From assembly GCA_963514005.1 (NCBI GenBank), contig OY740783.1, positions 40,114,001 through 40,178,000 on the forward strand: a stretch of DNA of 64,000 nucleotides. Direction: 5' to 3'. The notes under the pieces are model-generated. The model ran no database searches. It had not been told where the DNA came from and saw only the letters and a list, made by a program, of their open reading frames with translations. The DNA is from Raja brachyura. Lineage: Eukaryota. Below, piece after piece: positions 50,314 to 62,173 of the stretch. The position numbers and the translations under genes are program-made. Position 1 is the first letter of the stretch; the number at the start of each line of letters is the position of its first letter.

Positions 50314-52675
50314 AATAGACAATAGGTGCAGGAGTAGGTCATTCGGCCCTTCGAGCCAGCACCGCCATCCAATGTGATAGAAACATAGAAACATAGAAAT
50401 TAGGTGCAGGAGTAGGCCATTCGGCCCTTCGAGCCTGCACCACCATTCAATATGATCATGGCTGATCATCCAACTCAGTATCCCGTACCTGCCTTCTCTC
50501 CATACCCTCTGATCCCCTTAACCACAAGGGCCACATCTAACTCCCTCTTAAATATAGCCAATGAACTGGCCTCAACTACCCTCTGTGGCAGAGAGTTCCA
50601 GAGACCCACCACTCTCTGTGTGAAAAAAGTCCTTCTCATCTCGGTCCTAAAGGATTTCCCCCTTATCCTTAAGCTGTGACCCCTTGTCCTGGACCTCCCC
50701 AACATCGGGAACAATCTTCCTGCATCTAGCCTGTCCAACCCCTTAAGAATTTTGTAAGTTTCTATAAGATCCCCTCTCAATCTCCTAAATTCTAGAGAGT
50801 ATAAACCGAGTCTATGCAGTCTTTGTTCATAAGACAGTCCTGACATCCCAGGAATCAGTCTGGTGAACCTTCTCTGCACTCCCTCTATGGCAATAATGTC
50901 CTTCCACAGATTTGGAGACCAGAACTGTACGCAATACTCCAGGTGTAGCCTCACCAAGACCCTATACAACTGAAGTAGAACCTCCCTGCTCCTATACTCC
51001 TTTTGCTATGAAAGCTAACATACCATTGGCTTTCTTCACTGCCTGCTGTACCTGCATGCCTACTTTCAATGACTGGTGTACCATGACACCCAGGTCGCGC
51101 TGCATCTCCCCTTTTCCTAATCGGCCTCCATGGCTCCATGGTGATCATGGCTCATCATCCCCAGTCAGTACCCCGTTCCTATCTTCTCCCCATATTCTCC
51201 CCTGACTCCGCTATCTGTAAGAGCCCTATCTATCTCTCCCTTGAAAGTGTCCAGAGAACCAGACTCCACCGCCCTCTGAGGCAGGGAATTCCACAGACTC
51301 ACAACTCTCTGTTTCCACTTCTCCGTTCTAAATGGCTGACTCCTTATTCTTAAACAGTGGCCCCTGGTTCTGGACTCCCCCAACATCGGAAACATGTTTC
51401 CTGCCTCTAGCTGGTCCAAAGCCTTAATAATCTGATATGTTTCAATAAGATCCCCTCTCATCCTTCTAAATTCCAGAGTTTACAAGCCCAGCCGCTTTAT
51501 TCTCTCAGCATATGACAGTCCCACCATCCCGGAAATGAACCTTGTAAACCTACGCTGAACTCCCTCAATGGCAATAAAGTCCTTCCTCAAATTAGGGGAC
51601 CAAAACTGCACACAATATTCCAGGTGTGGTCTCACTAGGGCCCTATACAACTGCAGAAAGACCTCTTTGCTACTATACTCAACTCTTGTTATGAAGGCCA
51701 ACATGCCATTCGCTTTCTTCACTGCCTGCTGTACCTGCATGCTTTCTTTCATTGACTGATGAATAAAGACCCCCAGATCCTTTTCCCAACTTGACACCAT
51801 TTAGATAAAAATCTGCATTCCTGTTTTTGCTACCAAAGTGGATAACCTCACATTTATCCACATTAAACTGCATCTGCCATGCATCTGCCTACTCACCCAA
51901 CCTGTCCAAGTTACCCTGCATTATCATTACATTCTCCTCACAGTTCACACTGCCGCCCAGCTTTGTGTCATCTGCAAATTCACTAATGTTACTTTGAATC
52001 CCTTCATTTAAATCATTAATGTATATTGCAAATGGCTACGATCCCAGCACTGGGCCTTGCGGTACCCCACTAGTCACTGCCTGCCATTCTGAAAGGGACC
52101 CGTTAATCCCTACCCTTTGTTTCTTGTCTGCCAACCAATTTTCTATCCATGTCAGCATTCTACCCCCAATAACATGTGCCCTAATTTTACCCACTAGTCT
52201 CCTATGTGGGACCTTATCAAATGCTTTCTTAAAGTCAAAGTACACTACATCAACTGGCTCTCCCTTGTCCATTTTCCTAGTTACATCCTCCAAAAATTCC
52301 AGAAGATTAGTCAAGCATGATTTGCCCTTCATAAATCCATGCTGACTCGGACCGATCCTGTTACTGCTATCCAAATGTGCCGCTATTTCATCTTTCATGA
52401 TTGACTCCAGCATCTTCCCCACCACCGACGTCAGGCTAACTGGTCTATAATTCCCTGTTTTCTCTCTCCCGCCTTTCTTAAAAAGTGAGATAATATTAGC
52501 TACCCTCCAATCCACAGGAACTTATCCTGAATCTATAGAACATTGGAAAATTATCACCAATGCGTCCACGATTTCTAGAGCCACTTCCTTAAGTACCCTG
52601 GGATGCAGACCATCAGGACCTGGGGATTTATCAACCTTCAGTCCCACAGGTCTACCCAACAGATTTCCTGCCTCA
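50314..52675 (-). mobile_element. CR1 (RT to 3' end) with a younger nested CR1
   Basis: NYRPVSLTS, FKKAFDKVPH, GVPQG motifs. The 3' UTR is split at 50378/51141. Confidence 0.93.
50379..51140 (-). mobile_element. Young CR1 3' fragment
   Basis: TSD gtgat (50374-50378, 51141-51145). Same diagnostic subfamily (LSYEQRLHRLGL, LGRSRT) as 36894-37632. Confidence 0.92.
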
Positions 52676-53842
52676 TCTCCTCATTGATGAAGGGTTTGTC
52701 TTTGACAGTATTGGCAGGTCAGCCAATGCCAATTGAATGCCAAGTGTTGCTTCGAGACAAAGCAGCACATTTACAATAAGAACCTACTCCCTCGTACACT
52801 ACTGTCCTTTCAAAGGGTTAGGAATGGATGAAGCCTGCCAAACCTGGACTTCTGTGAGATATAGTGGCCATCGATAGTAGTAGTAGCAGAATTATATTTA
52901 ACACAACCGACAATTTCATCTTTGTATCTCCTTAACATTCAGCCAGATAACCAAGACATGTTTATAACCAAGGCTGACCTCCACAAGCTTATGCTTATAG
53001 ATGCAGTGCTTGGAGAGTTTAAAACCTTTGCAGTGTGTCCATATAAAGTCAGTCCACTGAAACTAAAAAATAATATTGCATATCTTAAATGAAAACAGAA
53101 AGTGCTGGTAAAGCATTTAATGTTTCAGGCCTGGACTAAAATGTTAAGTGTTTTACTTTCCACAGATGCTGCCAGACCTGCTTAGTGTTTCCAGCATTTT
53201 CTGCATTGTCAGTCCAAAATGTTCTCAGCATTTCTACTTGTGATAGAAAAAGAAAAACTGTCAAATTGTAATTTATTTGTTTCATTTTCCATCTATAATC
53301 AATTAAATCCAGCAAGATAACACACCTGTAGACGAGAAACGATCAAAGAAAAACACCGCAACACTCTGCGAAATGTTTAAACAATAAACTCAGTGTTCAA
53401 AACCTGGCAGCAGATAAAAGGAAGTATTTCTAAAGACCATGAGAGAGAGAGAAAAAAAATCTGTTGTCGTATACTTAATTAGTCACAGACATTTCACCGT
53501 TTGCATTCAACGTTTCATTTTCAGTTTAAAACTATACTGTTAAACTACCCACTTTTAACTTCAAGGTCACTATGAAAGGCAAGCTGCATTCTGTTTGGTG
53601 AGCATCTGAAAAAGATTGAACACTGTACGTAAGTTGGAACAATTATCAATTGCATTGCAGGTTTATGAGATCAAAAATAATATGCAAGTACACATGTTCT
53701 TTGATATGAGACTTTTGGACCCAAAATCTCCCTTAATGGAAACTTCGTAAATTATAACATGATTTAGAAAAGAGTTTGGAAATTTACTATTTTTGATGTT
53801 ATTTAACCGGGAGACCTCTAATTACATTAATAAAGGATGTTT

Positions 53843-54010
53843 AAGAAGGAACTGCAGAAGCTGGAAAATTGAAGGTGGACAAAAATGCTGGAGAAACTCA
53901 GCGGGTGAGGCAGCATCTATGGAGTGAAGGAAATAGGCAAAGTTTCGGGTCGAAACCCTTCTTCAGTCTCATGAATGCCTCACCCGCTGAGTTTCCCCAG
54001 CATTTTTGTC
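53843..54010 (-). mobile_element. Penelope mini-insert with inverted end and degenerate hammerhead
   Basis: 20-bp flanking duplication tacattaa(t/g)aaaggatgttt (53823-53842, 54011-54030). Core CTGAAGAAGGGTTTCGACCCGAAAC on the minus strand. Confidence 0.85.
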
Positions 54011-54457
54011 TACATTAAGAAAGGATGTTTCTTTTGATTTGCTTATTGTTGTTAATTTTCGTCTCGCCTTTCCCTCCTGTGAACTTTTCCCTCTCTACTT
54101 AATCTACTCTTCCTTGGAGTCATTCTTCATTCGTGTGTCTGCCTATATTAATGTTAGCTCTAATACACAACATTTCTTTATCCCTGTTTCTCTCCTTATT
54201 CATTAATTCAGGATATACACCACTTAGCAAAACATTCAAGGCCCTGGATATGATAATGACATTTTCAGATCAACTTTCCATCAATTGCAAGACAATGAAG
54301 TATGATGTTAATGCCAGACATGAAATTTCAATTAATGGTCCTCAATATATTAGGTAATTGTCAGTTGGCGCAGATCCTCGGCCGAAAAGCCTGTTTCCAC
54401 TCTGTATCTTTAAACCAAACTTAAATATGAAACATACCCATACAATCCTGCCCAGCT

Positions 54458-54994
54458 CAAAATCTGAGGAAGGACATTATTGCCATAGAGAGAGTGCAGC
54501 GAAGGTTCACCAGACTGATTCCTGGGATGTCAGGACTGTCTTATGAACAAACACTGCATAGACTCGGTTTATACTCTCTAGAATTTAGGAGATTGAGAGG
54601 GGATCTTATAGAAACTTACAAGATTCTTAAGGGGTTGGACAGGCTAGATGTAGGAAGATTGTTCCCGATGTTGGGGAGGTCCAGGACAAGGGGTCACAGC
54701 TTAAGGATAAGGGGAAAATCCTTTAGGACCGAGATGAGAAGGAATTTTTTCACACAGAGAGTGGTGGGTCTCTGGAACTCTCTGCCACAGAGGGTAGTTG
54801 AGGCCAGTTCATTGGCTATATTTAAGAGGGAGTTAGATGTGGCCCTTGTGGCTAAGGGGATCAGAGGGTATGGAGAGAAGGCAGGTACGGGATACTGAGT
54901 TGGATGATCAGCCATGATCATATTCAATGGCGGTGCAGGCTCGAAGGGCCGAATGGCCTACTCCTGCACCTAATTTCTATGTTTCTATGTTTCT
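54458..54994 (+). mobile_element. Young CR1 3' fragment
   Basis: Same subfamily as 36894 and 50379. (ttctatgt)n tail. Confidence 0.93.
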
Positions 54995-55944
54995 AAATTT
55001 TACTGTGATAAACATTTATGGCTGAGATTTTCTCAAATTTTAGAAAGGAATTTGTTCTCACCTACAAAGATTTTATTGGAGTAATTTGCAAATACTGCAT
55101 CAGTAATGGGCACAGCAAAACATCATGGAACTTTTGAGGTCAAATCCCATTTTAAACAACTCGAGTTATACAATTGTTTGCATTATTTAAAAAATCATGC
55201 CAGAAACTTGCCCCTCACACAAAACTGACCGCATTTCCAGGATGAATTAATCAGCGTTGGTAGTTTTCAATAATTGTGCTGTGACTCAGAATTTAAATGA
55301 GGCTTAAATTTAAGCCTAACTTTAAAAGGATGGTAATTAAGCATGCTGTGAACTAATTCAGAAATTGATGGCTAATCTCAAATTAAATTGACAAAAGTTT
55401 AACTTTCCAAATATTTTTAAAGGCATTTTCAGCAAATCTTTGATTAATCACAGCTGCCTACTTTGTGACCTGGTTTTTGAAGTGTATGAGTCAAAATCCA
55501 CCAGATAACTTCCAAAAAATATAATCCCAGCAGGTTGATTGAGCTCATAGTGTCAATGTATTCTACTGTCGCTCCACAATATATTCCAATGAAAACATTT
55601 AGCATTACTGACAGATGATGAATTTCACAGGCAAATATATTTTAAAACACTCAATGTTTGCACTGCTTCAAGGCCAATCCTGCAAAGATGAAGCAAACAA
55701 TTCAAACAGGACATTCAATTTGCTACAATTATACTCCAATATTTCTAAAGATATCAGTGGAAAAATATGAAGTACATAAATTGATTGAAGCAAATTTAGT
55801 TGTTTTCATTTTGTTCCTGGCAAGAGAATTTAACCTCATTCAAGTTTATGTAAAATTGGGAGATTAAACATCAGTCCAAATCATCATGCAAAATAACCCC
55901 TGAAAAGTGCAAAATAAATCCAAAGAACAAAATAGAATTCTATA

Positions 55945-58030
55945 CAGCAGAAACGGGCTCCTCAGCCCATCTTGTCCATGCTGACCAAGTCGGCATACTG
56001 AGCTAGTCCCATCTGCCTGCATTTGGCCAATATTCTTCTGAACCCTTCCTATACGTACATCTGTCCAAATATGTTTTAAAAATCACAATTTTTAATTGCC
56101 ATTAATTGAAGCCATTTCTATAGCTTCCTCTGACAGCTCATTCCAGAAATTGATGACAATAGACAATACGTGCAGGAGTAGGCCATTCGGCCCTTCGAGA
56201 TTCACTGTGGCTGGTCATCCACAATCTGTACCCCGTTCCTGCCTTCTCTCCATATCCCCTGACTCCACTATGTTTAAGAGCTCCATCAAACTCTCTCTTG
56301 AAAGCATCCAGAGAATTGCCCTCCACTGCCTTCTGAGGCAGAGAATTCCACAGATTCACAACCCACTGCGTGAAAAAATGTTTCCTCATCACCGTTCTAA
56401 ATGGCTTACCCCTATTCTTAAACTGTGGCCCCTGGTTCTGGACTCCCCCAACATCGGGAACATGTTTCCTGCCTCTACTGTGTCCAAACTCTTAATAATC
56501 TTATATGTTTCAATAAGATCTCCTCTCATCGTTCTAAATTCCAGAGTATACAAGCCCAGCCGCTCCATTCTATCAACATATGACAGTACCGCCATCCCGG
56601 GAATTAACCTCGTGAACCTACGCTGCACTCCTTCAATAGCAAGAATGTCCTTCCTCAAATTTGGAGACCGAAACTGCACACAATATTCCAGGTGTGGTCT
56701 TACTAGGGCCCTGTATAACTCCAGAAGAACCTCTTTGCTCCTATACTCAACTCCTCTTGTTATGAAGTCCAACATGCCATTCCCTGCCTGCTGTACCTGT
56801 ATGCTTACTTTCAGTGAGTGATGAACAAGGACCCCCAGATCTCGTTGTACTTTCCCTTTTCCCAAATTGACACCATTTAGGTAATAATCTGCCTTCCTAT
56901 TTTTGCCACCAAAGTGGATAATCTCACATTTATCCACATTAAACTGCATCTGCCCACTCACCCAACCTGTTCAAGTCACCATGCATCCTCATAGCATTCC
57001 TCCTCACAGTTCACACTGCCACCCAGCTTTGTATCATCTGCAAATTTGCTAATGTTACTTTTAATCCCTTCATCTAAATCATTAATGTATATTGTAAATA
57101 GCTACGGTCCTGGCACTAAGCCTTGCGGTACCCCACTAGTCACTGCATGCCATTCTGAAAGGGACCCGTTAATCCCTACTCTTTGCCAACCAATTTTCTA
57201 TCCATGTCAGCACTCTACCCCCAATACCATGTGGCCTAATTTTGCCCACTAATCTCCTATGTGGGATCTTATCAAATGCTTTCTGAAAGTCCAGGTACAC
57301 TACATCCACTGGCTCACCTTTGTCCATTTTCCTAGTTTCATCCTCAAAAAATTCCAGATTAGTCAAGCATGACTTCCCCTTCGTAAATCGATGCTGTCTT
57401 GGACCGATCCTGTTACTGCTATCCAAATGTGCCGCGATTTCATATTTTATATTTGACTCTAGCATTTTCTGAGTGAAAAAATTGCCCCAGAGGTCCTTCT
57501 TAAATCTCTCCCCTCTCACCTTAAGCCTATGTCCTCTCGTTTTGAAATCTCTACCCTGGGAGAAAAACTGAGCGTTCACCTTATAGAAACATAGAAACAT
57601 AGAAATTAGGTGCAGGAGTAGGCCATTCGGCCCTTCGAGCCTGCACCGCCATTCAATATGATCATGGCTGATCATCCAACTCAGTATCCCGTACCTGCCT
57701 TCTCTCCATACCCTCTGATCCCCTTAGCCACAAGGGCCACATCTAACTCCCTCACAGAGTGCCCTTTATCTATGCCCTTTGTGATCTTGTACTGCTCAAT
57801 AACGTCACCCCTCAGTCTCCTACATTCCAAAGGAAATATTCGCAGCCTATCCAACCTCTCCCTCTAACCCAAGCCCACAAGTGCAGTTATTGTACTGGCA
57901 TCAGCTACCTATACATTCTATACATTTATCACTCCCGTTTAAAAAAATGCCTCTCTGGTTCTTGATTCCACTCACCATGGGTAAAAGACTGTGTATTCAC
58001 CCTATCAACTCCCTTCATGATTTTATACAC
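55945..58030 (-). mobile_element. Old CR1 3' fragment containing two younger CR1 insertions (~56153-57467 and ~57582-57752)
   Basis: The old element reads through when the inserts are removed. The larger insert has RT motifs (YLDFQKAFDKIPH); both have CR1 3' tails. Confidence 0.85.
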
Positions 58031-58049
58031 CTCTATATATAAATAGTAA

Positions 58050-58630
58050 TTCAGTGTACATAAGCAAGGGGGGTCATTTTGAATCTTTATAAAACTGTTG
58101 GGATAGAAGTAAAATATTGTGCACAGTTCCAGTAATCACACTTTAGGGAAGGATGTGAAGTCTCCAGAGATGGTATATTTCAGATTTCCAGGAACTGCTA
58201 TGGAAGAAAAGGGATTTCAATTACAAAAACTGCATACTGTGGAATCTCAGGCTATGAAAGTAGAGAGATTTGATAGAATATATAGATTTCTGAAAAATTT
58301 AAATAAGGTCCAGAAGCGCCATAGTTCCCATTCATGCAAGGATCAAGGAATGGGGTCACGGATTTAAAATAAAAGCTAAAGATCCAGGGGGGACATGAGG
58401 AAAATCTTTGCACAGCAAGTAACAATGATTTGGAAAGCACTGCCTTAAAGAGTGCTAGTTGTAAATGCAATTACGGCTTTCAAATTGAAATAGTATAAAT
58501 ATTTCAAGGTGAGAAAAGAAAATAGGCGGAGGCAAAAGAAAAGAGCGGGGTAATGGAAATGTATGGATTGTTCTACAATGAACTGGCACAGATTTAAGAT
58601 TAATTACTTCCTTCTGTGCTGTAACAACTC
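58050..58630 (+). mobile_element. Very old CR1 3' fragment
   Basis: tattgtgcacagttc…aggaaggatgtg…aaggaatggggtcacggatttaaa…ttctgtgctgtaa. Confidence 0.6.
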
Positions 58631-59014
58631 AGATTTTCTTTAAACACGCTAATCGTACATGTAAAAAGCAATTGTTCACATTATGTCCTAAAATAAAAAG
58701 GCTGAGAATATCCAGTTAACACAAATGTTGTAGATAAACAAAAACATAACAGAGCCAGTACCATCTGCACAAATCTTTCTTGAAAGATTGACATGAATAT
58801 CGAACAATTTCGCCAAATTTCAGAAAAATGCATAATGTATATCAAACAATGTCAACGTCAGATTAATAAAAATGCTATAATTATTAATTTAGTTGTCTCA
58901 TAATCTGGAAGATATAATATCAAATATCTTGGTGCTTATGTTTTTATACAATTACATTTGTGTTACGTTAAATGTATATCTAATCTATTATTTATTTAGA
59001 AAAGGGATAGCTAC

Positions 59015-61035
59015 AGATGCACCATCGATAGCATTTTATTAGGATGCATCACAGCTTGGTTTGGAAACAGTTCCATCCAAGACTGCAAGAAATTGCAGCA
59101 AATTGTGGATGCATCCCAGACCATCACACACACCAACTCCCTTCTATGAAGGTAGACGAAAATGCTGGAGAAACTCAGCGGGTGAGGCAGTATTTATGGA
59201 GCAAAGGGAACAGGCAAGATTTCGGGTCGAAACCGTTCTTCAGACTGATGTGAGGGTGGGGGGGGGTGGGGGGGGGGCGGGAAGAAGAAAGGAAGAGGTG
59301 GAGCCAGTGGGCTGAGGGAGAGCTGAGAAGAGGAGGAGAAAGTAGGGACTACCTGAAATTAGAGGTCAATGTTCATACCGCTGGGGTGGAAACTGCCCAA
59401 GCGGAATATGAGGTCCTGCTCCTCCAATATACGGTGGGCCTCACTCTGGCCAAGGATGAGGCCCAGGACAGAAAGGTTGGATTCGGAATGGGAGGGGGAG
59501 TTGAAGTGCTGGGCCACCGGGAGATCAGGTTGGTTATTGCAAACCAAGCGGAGGTGTTCGGCGAAGCGATCGCCATGCCTATGCTTGGTCTCACCGATGA
59601 AGAGCAGCTGACATCTAGAGCAGCGGATGCAATACATGAGGTTGGGGGAGGTGCAGGTGAATCTCTGCCGCACCTGGAAAGACTGCTTGGGTCCTTGAAT
59701 GGAGTCAAGAGGGGAGGTAAAGCGACAGTAAAGGGAGGTAGCATTTCCTGCGGTTGCAAGGGAAGGTGCCCGGAGAACGGGTGGTTCGGGTGGGAAGGGA
59801 CGAACTGACCAGGGAATTACGGGGGGAGCGGTCTCTGTGGAAAATCGAAAGGGGAGGAGATGGGAAGATGTGGCCAGTGGTGGGATCCCATTGGAGATGT
59901 CAAAAATGTCTGAGGATTATCTGTTGTATGTGATGGCTGGTATGGTGGAAGGTGAGGACAAGGGGGACTCTGCCCTTGTTACGAGTGGGGGGGGATGGGG
60001 AGTGTGAGCAGTGTTACGGGGTATAGAAGAGACCCTGGTGAGAGCCTCATCTATAGTAGAAGAGAGGAACCCCATTCCCTGAAGAATGAGGACATCTCCG
60101 ATGCCCTGGTGTGGAACACCTCATCCTGGGTGCAGATTCGGCGTAGACAGAGGAATTGGGAGTAGGGGATGGAGTCCTTACAGGAAGCAGGGTGGGAAGA
60201 AGTGTAGTCCAGATAGCCATGGGAGTCAGTGGGTTTATAGTGGATGTCAGTCAGTAGTCTATCACCTGCGATGGAGATATTGAGGTCAAGAAATGGTAGG
60301 GAAATGTCGGAAATGGTACAGGTGTATTTGAGTGCCGGATGGAAGTTAGTGGTGAAATGGATGAAGTCAGTGAGTTGTGTGTGGATGCAGGAGGTAGCAC
60401 CAATGCAGTCGTCGGTGTAGCGGTGGTAGAGTTCGGGGATAGGGCCAAGGTACGCCTCGAACAAGGATTGGTCGACGTACCCTACAAAGACGCAGGCATA
60501 GCTAAGGCCCATGCGCATGCCCATAGGTACGCCTTGTATTTGGAGGAAATGGGAGGAGTCGAAAAGTTATTAAGGATAAGGACCAGCTCCGCTAGGCGGA
60601 GGAGAGTATCAGTAGACGGGGATTGGTTGCTGCGGTTCTCCCTTCTATTGACTCTTATTTATATCTCAGCAAGGTCAGCGGCATAATCAAGGATGAGTTA
60701 CACCCTGGCTACTCCCTCATCTCCCCGCTCCCATCAGGCAAAAAGTATAGGTGTGAAAACGTATACCACCAGATTCAGGGACAGTTTCTTCCCAGTTGTT
60801 ATCAAGTAACTGAATCATCCTACCACAACCAGACAGCCATACTGAACTACTATCTATCGCTTTGGTGACCCTCAAACTATCCTTGATTGGACTTTGCTAG
60901 GTTTTCCTTGCTCTAAGTGTTATTCCCTTATCAAGTATCATATAATTGTAAATGGCTCGATTGTAATCATGTATTGTCTTTCTACTGACTACATTTCACT
61001 GTGCCTCAGTACACATGACAATAAACTAAACTGAA
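59015..61035 (+). mobile_element. Rex 3' fragment split by a Penelope insertion
   Basis: SILLGCITAWFGN…LPS continues after 60648 as IDSY…HPGYSL..PLPSGKKYR. Ends catgacaataaa tail. Confidence 0.88.
59148..60637 (-). mobile_element. 5'-truncated Penelope-like element (RT + GIY-YIG endonuclease + pLTR)
   Basis: RYTDD (RT motif C variant), LPFLD, YCIRCSRCQLLFIGETK (GIY-YIG with CxxC). 11-bp TSD ctcccttctat (59137-59147, 60638-60648). Confidence 0.95.
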
Positions 61036-61759
61036 ACTAATGGAAAGCAGAAAAATAAATGACACGCAAGTGGCAATATCATTTTTTTCCCTCGCGCTGA
61101 TTTCAAATTTTCTTGTTATCAAATTTACATCAATTGTGCATTTCACAAGAAAGTAAAAGGTGATGCAAAATAGGGAAAATCTACACAATGAACATTTTCC
61201 AACATTTTATAGAACAGAATGAAAGAAGTCTTTTGTTCCAATGTTTCAAACTAGTTGAAAGTCTCTATTGCCATGGAGAAACTCAGATTGAATCCTCTTC
61301 CTTGCTAAATTACTCACTGGCCACTGATGAAGTGCACTAGAAGCTCCACAGGAAACAGTCACAAGTTATAACAAGAGACCTATGCAATGTCAGGAAATCT
61401 GGAAGAAGTTAAGATATTTCAAGAAGATGAACAGTGCGAAAGCAATGGATGGTCTGTGTGAACAACTTACTATTTACAATGGAACTACTGCAGAGTATGA
61501 GGTACATCCACTGTCAATAATGTTGGTGGTACTCAGTCACATACTATTATCTTCCTTTGAGGCATTTCACAGTTTTAACCTTTCCAAATTAATTTCAAGC
61601 ACACAAGTAGCCATTTGCAAACTCTATGTTTCCATCCTACAGTCAAAATGTCATTGTTAATTGAAATAGTCACATAATTATTCCATCTCTGATTTTTCCA
61701 GCCCTGTATTGATAGATCTAACATGTTTGAATCTGCAGTGCATAAAGATGTAAATCATG

Positions 61760-61975
61760 GGTACACAAAAAGCTGGAGAAACTCAGCGGGTGCAGCAGCA
61801 TCTAAGGAGCGAAGGAGATAGGCAACGTGTTAAAGAAGGAACTTCAGATGCTGGAGAATCGAGGGTTACACAAAAAGCTGGAGAAACTCAGCGGGTGCAG
61901 CAGCATCTAAGGAGCGAAGGAGATAGGCGACGTTTCGGGTCGAGACCCTTCTTCAGGCAACGTGTCGGGCTGAAA
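61760..61975 (-). mobile_element. Penelope mini-insert nested inside another copy of the same family
   Basis: 11-bp duplication aggcaacgtgt (61820-61830, 61955-61965) around the inner ~125-bp unit. Confidence 0.88.
61929..61956 (-). ncRNA. Minimal type I hammerhead ribozyme core, sense to the FBXL17 pre-mRNA
   Basis: CUGAAGA-A-GGGU(CUCG)ACCC-GAAAC-GUC. All core nucleotides intact; helix I only ~2 bp. Confidence 0.65.
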
Positions 61976-62071
61976 TGCAGACATGATTATCCAGCAACAT
62001 TTTGCTATGGGCTTATTAATCCCCCTATTATATTATGATGCAAGGTTGACTCAGATGATCTCAAAATCAAA

Positions 62072-62173
62072 GGTAGACACAAAATGCTGGAGTAACTCAA
62101 CAGGACAGGTAGCATCTCTGGAGAGAAGGAATGGGTGACAATTTAAACCAGCATCTGTAGTTCTTTCCTACAC
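62072..62173. mobile_element. Penelope mini-insert with internal inversion
   Basis: 14-bp duplication atctcaaaatcaaa (62058-62071, 62174-62187). Confidence 0.85.

Noticed and set aside
56096-56821. 241-aa plus-strand ORF
   Set aside because: Antisense frame of CR1 ORF2; the same shadow ORFs recur opposite other CR1 copies.
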